Positions 52,003 through 61,907 are shown, counted from the first letter of the stretch. The stretch is DNA of 64,000 nucleotides from Amoebidium appalachense (GCA_963693365.1 CAVNZM010000003.1:8411076-8475075), one strand, 5' to 3'. Notes: generated by a model from the sequence alone, not told the origin. Translations and numbers: made by a program.

Positions 52003-53853
52003 ATGACTGATGTTATTATATCCAAATCGTTTCAAATACACCGACCTCAGCTGCACGAAAACACAACAGGATTTGGCATGCAGGGTATAGGCAGAATTAT
52101 TATTTCGCTGTCAGCAATGGGACTTGCACCCTCAATGCCAGTGCGTGTTCGGATCGTTCCTTCGAAGACACCGCTGTTGTTAGGCCCTGTAGGGGAAGAT
52201 GTTGCAGTGTTTTCTCTTGCAAACACCAACGGCCTTGCCACGGTTTCAACCCCCGAAGATGTCACTCTAGTGGAAACGTTGCACCCTTTTGTTGTGTTTG
52301 AGGTAGACACCTCGTTGAGTCTATTGCAACTGCAGGAAGAGTTGAAAGCAGGTTTCCGTGCATGCACAGCGGTGTACCTCCGAAGCTATGACAAGCTGGC
52401 CGTGTACAACCCTGAAGGGCGCTGTTGCCTTGCAACTAGGACGGTGATGCAGGCCACAGCAGCAGAGATTGCGGCAAAAATGTCCGAACTGGACCAAAAA
52501 ACGAGCGAGAGCTTTGCCGATATGTTTTTTGCAACCTCCACTTTGGCGGATGTCCAATACGCGATAGAGAATAACAGTGATTTTCAGGATAGTAGGTTCT
52601 GGAACTGGTGGGGTTTACTTCCTGAGGATGCTATTAGAAGGATCGTAGAGACACACCCCAGTGAGGGGTACACGGGGGACGGCAAACTGCGGCATTACCC
52701 GCCGTGCACTGCGTGGTTGCGAGGGTCTGCAGGAGTTGTCAAGTTAGACAGCTCTGCGTATACGTTAGAGTCGTTTAACACGTGTTTGCTGCTGCGATTG
52801 ATGGACCATTATGCCCACCGGAGGGACCACGACGACGACGGCTACGACGATGTCCATGCGAATATAATACTAGATATGGCCACCCAAAAGGCCAATATTT
52901 TGGCACAAGCTGCCTCAAACCCGCCAGTTACAACTGCACCCCGTACCCAAGCCCACCTGTACGACTACGCAAACATCATTAGACACAAGCTGGAATGGGA
53001 CAAAAAGCTTTCGAATTTAGTAAGCAGGGTCCAGGCGGATTACAGCGAGGGTGGGCCTGCCGAGCGCAAAAACATATTCGGGCGGTGCACGGGGTGGTTT
53101 GCTTACGAGATTCAGGAAGGGCAGGAAGAAGGCGAGTTTGTTCCCCTGGGCCAGATCGATACCGACATCGAAACCGTCGAAATTTTCACATACATGCGGC
53201 GTCTGCAAGTGGGCGTGTCGTGGCAGATGCTTGTGGACGTCATGAACAAACGACACGTCATTGTGCTTCCCTTCGATTGGGGAGACTTAATTGACACAAT
53301 CAGGAAATATGTTGAGCGCGAAGAGTTCCAAAAAGCCCAAGTGGAGGGGCAAGGTAGAGATTTGCCATTCGTTGTTGACGGGTTGTATGCTTACGACACC
53401 GAAACCCGGCAAGCGGCCGTCATCTACCCCCCGAGTGGATTTGACCAAATCATGCTCAACGATGCCGACACCGTCTGCCCCTGGCAAGCAGAGATCGAGA
53501 ATTATTGGGTACAAACCCCCTCCGACCATTTGGAACAACAGCGCGGCAGCTATATCGGTATTAACAAGACCACGGGCCAGCCTGACACGTCTCCCAGCGC
53601 GGATGCCCTGTGAAGTGCTGTTCCTATCGCCCAGGTTTTGGATGGTCCGGATTGGTACCCTCAACTGCCGTGTCAGACAGCCCTCGAGGATGCCATCAGG
53701 AATCACCATGTGCAAGTAGTTGGTGATCCATACGACCACTGGCTGTGTTATGAAGCAGCAACCAACACATGGGATGAACTTTGGCCTGACTGTGATCGGT
53801 ATCACCATATTACCAGCAGGCCAGGCGACTTCGTGCTCTTTTACGATCAATAA
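52003..53853 (+). CDS. Large intronless hypothetical protein (536 aa, or ~616 aa if the in-frame TGA at 53611 is a lesion)
   Basis: ORF 52003-53613 continues in the same frame after one TGA (SADAL*SAVPIAQVLDGPDWYPQ...FYDQ*) to 53853, followed by AATAAA. Several CCAAT boxes lie upstream. No family recognised. Confidence 0.7.
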
Positions 53854-54062
53854 AATTCAACTTATTTTATTAAGTGAAACTCAGTGCATTCTCACGAAGG
53901 GGGTGGGGTGGGGGGATGCAAAGTGTGCATGTGTGTTCCCGAATGCCTTTGTGTGTGTGTGGGGGGAGGGGGAGTTGGGGGGGGGGGGGGGGGGGGGGGG
54001 ATGCAAAGTGTGCATGTGTGTTCCCGAATGCCTTTGTGTGTGTGTGGGGGGAGGGGGATTGT

Positions 54063-54094
<32 letters not shown>

Positions 54095-54169
54095 TTGGGG
54101 GGGGGGGGGGGGGGGGGGGGGAGGGGGGGGGGGGGGGGGGGGATGGGGGGGGGGGGGGGGGGGAGGGGC

Positions 54170-54657
54170 AATGCGTGTGCTTGCACCTGTGTTGTTTGAG
54201 AGTAGGTTAATGAGCGCAATCACCGTGCGCTTGCACATGTGTTCTTGGAGAGATGTGTCATGAGCGCTATCACCGGGCGCTTTGTGTGTGTGTGTGTGGG
54301 GGGGGGGGAGGTGGGGGGGGGGGTGGGGGGAGGGGGGGGGGTGGGGGGGGGGAGGGGCAATGCGTGTGCTTGCACCTGTGTTGTTTGAGTGTAGGGTCAT
54401 GAGCGCAATCACCGTGCGCTTGCACATGTGTTCTTGGAGAGATGTGTCATGAGCGCTATCACCGGGCGCTTTGTGTGTGTGTGTGTGGGGGGGGGAGGTG
54501 GGGGGGGGGTGGGGGGGGGGGGGGGGGGGGGTGGGGGGGAGGGGCAATGCGTGTGCTTGCACCTGTGTTGTTTGAGTGTAGGGTCATGAGCGCAATCACC
54601 GTGCGCTTGCACATGTGTTCTTGGAGAGATGTGTCATGAGCGCTATGACCGTGCGCT
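54170..54657 (-). repeat. Reverse-complement copies of the 50-bp unit in three ~187-bp higher-order blocks (right arm)
   Basis: GTGCTTGCACCTGTGTTGTTTGAGTGTAGGGTCATGAGCGCAATCACCGT is nearly the reverse complement of the unit at 51428-51647. Confidence 0.9.
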
Positions 54658-54845
54658 CTTTGTTTTGTTTTTTGGGGGAGGGGTGCTTCCCACCCTCTTG
54701 CCCGTGGCTTCTCTATTTATTTTTCATCTTTTACGTCTTTGCCTGCACCCGGTCAAGGTGTACCCCGTGCGCTTCCTGGAGAAGCACGTGCTGGGGTGGT
54801 AGCCAGCCGGTCATCCCCAACAATTGGGACTCCTGTCAATAAACG

Positions 54846-55352
54846 GTTTCGACCAATCAGATTGAACCGGTTTCGTGCAATCAGATTTAATGTTTCGACC
54901 AATCAGATTGAACCGGTTTCGTACAATCAGATTTAATGTTTCGACCAATCAGATTGAATAGCGGGTGAATACGATTCAAGCATTATTCAAAGGTGGTCTC
55001 CGTGATTCGACCAATATTGAAATGGATGCTCCGTGGATCGAACGATATTGACTGACGGTTCGTGTTTGGTTGACCGGATATTGGCAGGGGTTCGCGCGAT
55101 GTTCGTTTTGGGTTCACTAGATTTGCGCCAAACACGAGTTCGGGTTGACCGGATATTGGCAGGGGTTCGCGCGATGTTCGTGTTTGGTTGACCGTTTATT
55201 GGCCAACTCTGCGCTGCTTTGACCGTTTATTGGCCAACATGAACTCTGCGCTAGCTTCGTTGAATATTCACTACTTCGCGCTAGCTTTGACCGTTCATTG
55301 GCCAACTCTGCGCTAGCTTTGACCGTTCATTGGCCAACTCTGCGCTGCTTTG
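54846..55352. promoter_or_regulatory. Cluster of short tandem repeats rich in CCAAT/ATTGG boxes
   Basis: GTTTCGACCAATCAGATTGAA x3, TTGACCGGATATTGGCAGGGGTTCGCGCGATGTTCG x2 and TTGACCGTT(T/C)ATTGGCCAAC x4. The regulatory role is inferred. Confidence 0.55.
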
Positions 55353-55376
55353 ACTTTTTGCCCATAGCTTCTTTAT

Positions 55377-55725
55377 TTATTTTTCGTCTTTTACGTCTTT
55401 GCTCGCGTCGTCCCCCCAAATCAACTGCAACGTGTCCTCTTCGGTTGTAAGCGTGATGTTCAGCGACGTGATGGTTTGCACGGCAATCCTGTACACGTCT
55501 GCCGGCGCATAGTCGAACAGGTGGATCCGCGGTTGGCGGTCGGGGTAGTAGTGGCTGTATGCGAGCACGTTTCCGATCGCCTCTATCCAGTCGCCCACAC
55601 GCCGCACCTCGATGACGTGTGTGCTCGTCAGCACGTCGATCCGCCCGGCCCGCGTGGGCACCCCCGTCCTCGGCCTTGGCCAGCCTCTCGCGCACGAACG
55701 CCTCGTCGTAGCCTACCGCGGACAT
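55377..55725 (-). pseudogene. PD-(D/E)XK-like nuclease-domain gene with a frameshift near 55662
   Basis: MSAVGYDEAFVRERLAKAEDG / PTRAGRIDVLTSTHVIEVRRVGDWIEAIGNVLAYSHYYPDRQPRIHLF. The GRIDxLT...IEV(K/R)...W..AIG...Y...P...RIHLF pattern is seen in virus-associated nuclease domains. Confidence 0.7.
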
Positions 55726-55861
55726 CCTATAACAGTGTACGAATAAAAAATACACCACACACAGACACCCGGTATCCCTAAAAATAGCCCCCACACCAGG
55801 CTTTGACTGTTTCGCCAGCCAGCGCATTGTACGCGCGCGGAGCTTCCCCATTTTTTACCGT

Positions 55862-56008
55862 TCATGGGTTTGATGGATTCCGCTTGACCTCGATGATGTC
55901 CGTGTCTGTGAGCAGGTCGATGCGGCCCGCGGGGGTCACCACTTCGCGTTTCCCACCTTCAATCCGTGCCAATTTGTCGCTGACAAACGCCTCGTTGTAG
56001 GTGGCCAT
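55862..56008 (-). pseudogene. Truncated paralogue of the same PD-(D/E)XK-like domain
   Basis: MATYNEAFVSDKLARIEGGKREVVTPAGRIDLLTDTDIIEVKRNPSNP* (48 aa, translated by hand). Confidence 0.7.
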
Positions 56009-56101
56009 CACTGTAGGTCACAAAAAAAATCAGTGGCCGACGAAGAAGACCAGGGGTTATATAAAGCGTTATCATGTTTCTTTTCTTGCCACTTAGCAGT
56101 A

Positions 56102-56557
56102 ATGGACCTCCAATACACGCCAACCATAGAGACACCCCCTAACCCGAAGCGCCACGCTTGCACACTGTGTTCAGCAATGTTCACATTCAAGGCAAATCTA
56201 AAAAGACACGAAAATACCCACAAGAATAATAGCACCGGCGCATATGCCTGTCCACAACCCGGCTGCTTTGCAAGCTTTGCCCGCAGCGACCACATGAAAC
56301 TGCACCAGCGCACACACTCTGGCAGCCGACCCTATCAATGCCCAGACTGTCCAGCCACTTACGTCTATCCTGCGGGTTTGTGGGTTCACCGACGAACAGC
56401 TCATGAAGGGTGTCAGCTGCCGAGACGGCCCCGGCGCGCAAGCGGGCGTTTTACATGCCCCTTCGACCAGTGCCAGGCTGCATTTGCCTGGTCTACAACC
56501 CTGAACAGGCACGTTGAGACTGAACACCCCAGTCTTGTGCCCAGCCCGAAGGTATAA
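56102..56557 (+). CDS. Intronless C2H2 zinc-finger protein (4 fingers)
   Basis: CTLC..HENTH, CPQPGC..FARSDHMKLHQRTH-SGSRPY (Kruppel-type linker), CPDC..HRRTAH, CPFDQC..HVETEH. TATATAAAG lies ~40 nt upstream of ATG 56102. Confidence 0.88.
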   Translation: MDLQYTPTIETPPNPKRHACTLCSAMFTFKANLKRHENTHKNNSTGAYACPQPGCFASFARSDHMKLHQRTHSGSRPYQCPDCPATYVYPAGLWVHRRTAHEGCQLPRRPRRASGRFTCPFDQCQAAFAWSTTLNRHVETEHPSLVPSPKV

Positions 56558-56612
56558 AAGCGCTTGCCAGACCTCAGACCGTCAAATATTATCTATCCCC
56601 TTCACTACCACA

Positions 56613-58670
56613 ATGGATGTCATTCGCTCAAACATGAACACTGCCCGGTGCGACGGCAAGGATACGGAGAAGACCGAATACGAGGTTTGCTGCGAGGGTG
56701 CAGATCAACCCAAGCAGGCAAACCAAGGGCTCTCGCGCCGCAGTGCCTGTCCTGACTGGTACCTCGCAGTCTTTGCACCACAGGGGTCCCGGGAAGTTAC
56801 GGTGGACAATGAGCCCTTCGATCACAACGACCTCCACAATTCCCTCAAGCGACAGTTTGGACTGGTTTATGCCGAAATAACCACCCGTCAGTCCAAGCGC
56901 CACAAGACCGCACACTACGAGTGCAACACCCGCCACCCAGCTCCCGGGCCTAACAGAGCTGCGCTCAAGTCATGGGCCAAGGAGAAATTTCCTTTGGCCA
57001 ACAGGGTAGTAATGAACCCGATTCTCGACTGGACGACCGCGACGCGTTGGACCCAGGGGCCCCATACGACCACATTCGGCGAAGCACCTTGTACGGCAGC
57101 TGTCCCCGCTGTGGTTGCGAAAAAGGACAGCAAGCGGCTGGCTCATATTGAGGAGGTGTTTCGTGTTCTGGAGCAGGAGTCGACCGACCCTCCGGGTGGA
57201 TACGAGTTCATGCCGGACCTGCTACCAACCACCTGGAAGGAAACTGAGCTCGTCGAGTACCTGCAGAAGTGGGTGGGAAAAATCAGCGGAACCTCCCTCT
57301 ACCTCTTGAAGGTGTGGTGCCATGACAAGGGCGTGTACACACTCAAGACGTTGACCGAAAAAGACATGAAATGCACCATGCAGGGTTTTGTGGTCGAGTG
57401 GATGGAGGGCGAGGGTTGTGAAATCAAGCGGACATACACCGGCATTGACTTCCTTATGGGACGCCGCATTCCTCGTTATGGACTAGCAGTCTTTGACCCC
57501 GCGTCGCCCAATCCCAAGACAGGAGAGACAAACCCAAAGTACCGCCAAGGAGCCTTGTTCACATATAACTTCTTTCGCGGCTTCCCCATCAAGTACACCG
57601 AGGGCTTCCGTTTCATGGGTCCAGAATGCCCCGTGATCCCCTACCATCCTGGCCAGCAGGTTGTGGTCATGCCGGATCAGCTCCTCGACAAGTACCGTGC
57701 ACGTGAATACGGGGGCATTGAGATGTTCATACGCCACGCATTCGAGGTGCTTGCCGATGGAAACGCCGAGGCATTCGAATACCTTCTTAAGTGGGTGGCC
57801 CAGATCTTCCAGTATCCGGACACTAAGTCTGGAGCGGCGGTTCTCGTCAAGTCAGTCCAGGGCACCGGAAAAAACGTGTTCTTCGACGTACTCAAGGCGC
57901 TCGTTGGCTCGGAATACTACGCCTACGTGAAGAACAAGGAACACATATCCAGCAAGTTCAACTCCCACCTCAACCACAAACTACTAGCTGTTATCGACGA
58001 GTGTGTCTTTGGTGGGAGCCACGAGGCCAACAACCTTATCAAAAGTCTGATCACACAAGAAGACAGCCTTTTGGAGAAAAAGGGGGTGGATGGCATCTAC
58101 ACCAAAAACTTCGAGCGCTACGTGTTTCTGTCAAACGAAGACTGGCCCGTTCGTGTGGAGCTATCCGATCGGAGATTCATATGTCTCGAGGCAAACAGCA
58201 GCCGGGTGGGCCAGCTTCGATACTTCGACGAGTTCGTCAGATATCACAGGCAACCCGAAGTGCTGGAGGCTCTGTTTCACTTCTTCTTGGACCTTCCTGG
58301 TGTCCCTAAAACAATGCCGCCGCCGCCACAAACAAATCTCAAACAGAAGCTCATGGAGAAGAGTCTGCCCATCGAGATACAATTTCTGAGGGATGTCGCA
58401 ACTGGCGCAGAGGGAACAGATGTTTTTGGTCTCGAGGATGGCACCTGGGCCACAACGGGTGGCTTGGTGGAGTGCATGAAAGAGTGGGCCGATGCAAACA
58501 TGATGGATAGCCGAAAGGTTGTCGGGGTCAAGAGGCTCGGCACGGTACTGACGCAGGTGTTTGGAGGTTCGGCCTTCGTGCCTGCAGGTGGAAGAGTTTC
58601 AAGAGGGGCGCCTGGAAGACACACACGTGCTCATTTGCTCGATTTTGCAAAAATCATGAGTTTCCAGTGA
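56613..58670 (+). CDS. Superfamily 3 (D5/DUF5906-like) replicative helicase, 685 aa
   Basis: Walker A SVQGTGKN, Walker B LAVIDE, motif C YVFLSN, Arg finger SDRRF, preceded by YNFFRGF and FEYLLKWVAQIFQYP. TATAAAAG at 56553 favours ATG 56613. Confidence 0.92.
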   Translation: MDVIRSNMNTARCDGKDTEKTEYEVCCEGADQPKQANQGLSRRSACPDWYLAVFAPQGSREVTVDNEPFDHNDLHNSLKRQFGLVYAEITTRQSKRHKTAHYECNTRHPAPGPNRAALKSWAKEKFPLANRVVMNPILDWTTATRWTQGPHTTTFGEAPCTAAVPAVVAKKDSKRLAHIEEVFRVLEQESTDPPGGYEFMPDLLPTTWKETELVEYLQKWVGKISGTSLYLLKVWCHDKGVYTLKTLTEKDMKCTMQGFVVEWMEGEGCEIKRTYTGIDFLMGRRIPRYGLAVFDPASPNPKTGETNPKYRQGALFTYNFFRGFPIKYTEGFRFMGPECPVIPYHPGQQVVVMPDQLLDKYRAREYGGIEMFIRHAFEVLADGNAEAFEYLLKWVAQIFQYPDTKSGAAVLVKSVQGTGKNVFFDVLKALVGSEYYAYVKNKEHISSKFNSHLNHKLLAVIDECVFGGSHEANNLIKSLITQEDSLLEKKGVDGIYTKNFERYVFLSNEDWPVRVELSDRRFICLEANSSRVGQLRYFDEFVRYHRQPEVLEALFHFFLDLPGVPKTMPPPPQTNLKQKLMEKSLPIEIQFLRDVATGAEGTDVFGLEDGTWATTGGLVECMKEWADANMMDSRKVVGVKRLGTVLTQVFGGSAFVPAGGRVSRGAPGRHTRAHLLDFAKIMSFQ

Positions 58671-59271
58671 CCATACCAAAAACACTCTATTTAGCTTTGA
58701 TAGTTTCGTTGTGTAGCTTCGTCGACACCCAGATCGGGCGATTTCATTGGCTGAAATGTTTTTTTCGTGATTGTGATTGGCTGAATATCACAGTTAGCTA
58801 CTTTAGCAGGATAGCTGGATGTTTTTTGGGGTCCCTGCACAAACACACACACACACAGCTCTGTACTTATGTTTTGCCATGGGTTGACTTCATTTTTATC
58901 CAGCTAACATAGCTAACGAAGCTAAATCGTATTAAAATATAGCTAAAAAGCTAATTTCTATTAGTGAAACATGGTTTGGGTTTAGCTTCGTGTGTGGCGA
59001 CTTTAGCTTCGTTGCAACAGTGAGTGACCGTGTATCTGTATTTGGTCTCTGTGTAACTGCTCTGTAGAGGGGTAACGTTACTCAGCACACGAGGCACGCG
59101 AGGCACGCGAGGCACCCGCGCCCCCAGCCACCCCCAGCCCCGCCCAGCCACCCCCGCCCCCCACGCGCCGCAACATTGTCGGGCGCCCACACAAGGTCGA
59201 AAGTGCGATGTGTGATTGTCAATGGGTAACCCGGTTGGGGCGGCACGCGAATTTTATGTGTGCGGTATGTG

Positions 59272-59694
59272 ATGACGGACACCGAGCTTGAGTTCGCACG
59301 GAACATGGTCGTATACGAGCTGGCCGACCGGCTGGAAGGCGTCGAGGACACGCTCACCAAGGTCGGGCGCATCGACGTGCTGACGGACCACCAGATCGTC
59401 CAGGTCGAGCAGCTGGCCGACTGGAAGACGGCCATGGCGAACGTGCTGGCGAACCACCACTTCCACCCCGACAAGGAGATGCGCGTGCACCTGTTCAACC
59501 ACGGCCCGCCCGTGCCCGCCGAAACCATCGCGCACGCCATGAGGATCATGGACAAGCACGAGATCATGGTGACGTGCGAGGAGGACATCCTGTACGGGCT
59601 GTTTCCGGTTGGGCCCCACAGTGCCCCCCCCACCCGTGCACACGGCACCCGCCGCTGCGCCAGAGGCTCGGAAGTCCGGGCGTTGATGGCGTGA
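59272..59694 (+). CDS. Third PD-(D/E)XK-like paralogue, with probably inactivated catalytic motif
   Basis: LADRLEGVEDTLTKVGRIDVLTDHQIVQVEQLADWKTAMANVLANHHFHPDKEMRVHLF; E-x-K is replaced by Q-x-E. Confidence 0.7.
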   Translation: MTDTELEFARNMVVYELADRLEGVEDTLTKVGRIDVLTDHQIVQVEQLADWKTAMANVLANHHFHPDKEMRVHLFNHGPPVPAETIAHAMRIMDKHEIMVTCEEDILYGLFPVGPHSAPPTRAHGTRRCARGSEVRALMA

Positions 59695-60096
59695 CACCTC
59701 CCCGGGGCGCGGGTGGCTGGGGGTGGCTGTGGGGGGCTGTGGGGGGCACACGAGGAACAATAAAGGAAGCACGAACACACCCGGCGCGAGGCAGGCGAGG
59801 CAGGCGAGGCACCCCCAGCCCCCCCAGCCCCGTGTGTGAAGGAGTAGAATATGCCAGTCTTATTGATTATACGATGTTGGTGCGTGATCTGGATAGACAT
59901 GCGGCGAGTGATTACGTGAGACGTAACTTTGATGACGAAGTAGAAACCAAAAGCCTGAACATGAGGCTTTTGAGATTTGGCGATTCCCCAAGACATTTCA
60001 ATGGGTATGCACCAACCTATCCTCAGCACGACTGAGGGTGCCACGCGCAGGTATAAAAGGAGCACACGCGGCCACCTGGGGTCAGTCTGACACAGC

Positions 60097-61029
60097 ATGG
60101 CTACCGGACAGAGCAACTCAAAGGTGGACATGTCGCTTCTGTGGAAGGAGTTCCCCCAGTTCAAGGATGCAACGGTCCGCGTCGACAAAGCCAGCAAGAT
60201 GGCGAGCGTCCTCGATGTGATTGAATTGGTCGTGGGCAGTTCCACCACTGCCAGGAAGGCGTGGTTTGACATGCGGAAGTCTCCGGGTGAACCCGTTACT
60301 GGTGGTAACGGGTTTAGAACCGAGGTTTTGCAGGGTGTTGTAGACCTGAAGATAAACGGAAAGGGAAATGTGACCCCGGTTGCCCCCTTCCGCACCCTCC
60401 TCGAGATCATCTACCTGCTCCCTGGCAAGCGCGCTCATGATTTCCGTAAGACTTCTGCCCAGTACATGGCTCGCCTCCTCTCTGGCGATTTGCTTCTCAT
60501 CGAGGAGATCGAGGCCCGCTTTGACAACAGCACCCCCGAGGAGCGCGAGTTCTTCCGCAACGGCACGGACGAGACCCCTGACCGCAAGCGCCGCCGCGAG
60601 GAGCTGGAGGAGGAGCGGAGGCTGCGTCTGCGCCGGGAGGAGGCGGAGATCACGCGTCTCGAGAGGGAGAACCAGAAGATGGCTATGGACAACCTCGTCC
60701 AGTACGAGGCGCTGCTTGAGCGCCTGGGGCTGGACCGTGATCCGCGCATGCGTCAGCTCGTCAACGACTCGGTCTCCAACATGCTGCTCCCCAACCAGGG
60801 TCTGCGGGCCATCGAAGGCACCACCCTCTCCGACTATGTCACGGTGGGGAAGTTCGTGGTCGACCGTGGCATCAAGTGCAAGTCCGCCTCTGCGCTCGGC
60901 CGCATGGTCAGCAAGGCCTGGCGTGACGAGATGGGGTGCGAGCCCGAGACGACGCAGATGGTGGTCAACGGGGACGTGCGCACGGTCAAGCTGTACCCTG
61001 TGAGCTTCCTGGCGAAGCACGTTGTGTAG
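60097..61029 (+). CDS. Bro-N/KilA-N-like DNA-binding protein with coiled coil and conserved C-terminal domain
   Basis: VRVD...ASVLDVIELV...KINGKGNVTPVAPFRTLLEIIYLLPGKRAHDFR...ARLLSGDLLLIEEIE, a pattern typical of algal-virus-type Bro-like proteins. RKRRR NLS-like motif; C-terminal LGRMVSKAW...G.EP...NGDVRTVKLY. TATAAAAG at 60052. Confidence 0.8.
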   Translation: MATGQSNSKVDMSLLWKEFPQFKDATVRVDKASKMASVLDVIELVVGSSTTARKAWFDMRKSPGEPVTGGNGFRTEVLQGVVDLKINGKGNVTPVAPFRTLLEIIYLLPGKRAHDFRKTSAQYMARLLSGDLLLIEEIEARFDNSTPEEREFFRNGTDETPDRKRRREELEEERRLRLRREEAEITRLERENQKMAMDNLVQYEALLERLGLDRDPRMRQLVNDSVSNMLLPNQGLRAIEGTTLSDYVTVGKFVVDRGIKCKSASALGRMVSKAWRDEMGCEPETTQMVVNGDVRTVKLYPVSFLAKHVV

Positions 61030-61146
61030 CGTATAGTGGCCGAGGCACACCAACCAGCATCTATTGGATACGACAGGGGACCAATTGGTCAAAGTGACCA
61101 ATTGCTCATTTGGTAAGGGAGGGAAGTTGTCACCTGCTGTTCCGGA

Positions 61147-61269
61147 CCCAACGACATGCCTTCAAAGTTTCGTTTCTTCAATCGCAGTAGCCCAACGACA
61201 TACCTTCAAAGTTTCGTTTCTTCAATCGCAGTAGCCCAACGACATACCTTCAAAGTTTCGTTTCTTCAA
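61147..61269 (+). repeat. 44-bp tandem repeat x~2.8
   Basis: CCCAACGACATACCTTCAAAGTTTCGTTTCTTCAATCGCAGTAG. Confidence 0.9.
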
Positions 61270-61389
61270 ACAGAGGAAATGTGCAGGCCGCAATAAATAA
61301 AACACAACCAGCTCTGGGACCTCCCCCCCCCCACCCCCCAACAAACAAGAACACCCCTGCGCCCACAACTATTATCCATGCACACGGTA

Positions 61390-61786
61390 ATGTACGCGCT
61401 CGTTGCTCTACTTGCACAAGCCGCCGCCGCCGCCGCCAGCTACGTGACCGTGACGGCCCCCCCCGACGCCGGCGCCAACCACCCCGACGCCCACCCTCAC
61501 CCAACCATCCAGATGCACACGGCTCGTTGCGCAGACGGCCACCGCAGCGCCCGTGTGCTCGCAGGTGCCGGTGCCGGGGGTGGGGTGCGGGTGGCTGTGC
61601 CGCACGGTGGTGCCGCAGAATCCGTCGCTCGTGCCGTGCAACCAGTTTGTGGGCTGCAACCTCTACCGACCGGACCCCAAGACCGGCGGGGTGCTGCGGT
61701 GCAAGCGGCGCAGGGCCACGTCGATGCCGTGCGCGCCGGACTTCTGCTGCGTCAAGCCTGCTGGCATCGGTGCAGCAGGGATATAA
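61390..61786 (+). CDS. Secreted Thr/Pro- and Cys-rich protein (one extra C in the homopolymer at ~61460)
   Basis: Signal-like MYALVALLAQAAAAAAS. Removing one C gives APPTPAPTTPTPTLTQPSRC...CSQVPVPGVGCGWLC...CNQFVGC...CAPDFCC...GI*. Confidence 0.6.
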
Positions 61787-61907
61787 ACTCTTTTGCATAT
61801 ATCGGTCACAGAATGGACGCAATCCCCCCCCCCCACCCCGCGCGGGAACCCATCCGAAACTGTCCCAGGGAACCACCCATATGTCGAAAAATTCGGCTGT
61901 TGTGTAG

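Noticed and set aside
53611-53613. Selenocysteine recoding of the in-frame TGA
   Set aside because: There is no redox-motif context and no SECIS that I can recognise downstream; a nonsense mutation is simpler.
59830-60035. Remnant resembling the start of a Bro-like domain (YASLIDYTMLVRDLDRHAASDYVRR)
   Set aside because: It is short, lacks a suitable start codon, and the similarity is too weak to call without a search.
59082-61101. Long minus-strand ORFs (59082-60410, 60118-61101)
   Set aside because: They are antisense shadows of GC-rich plus-strand genes that have recognisable motifs and TATA boxes.
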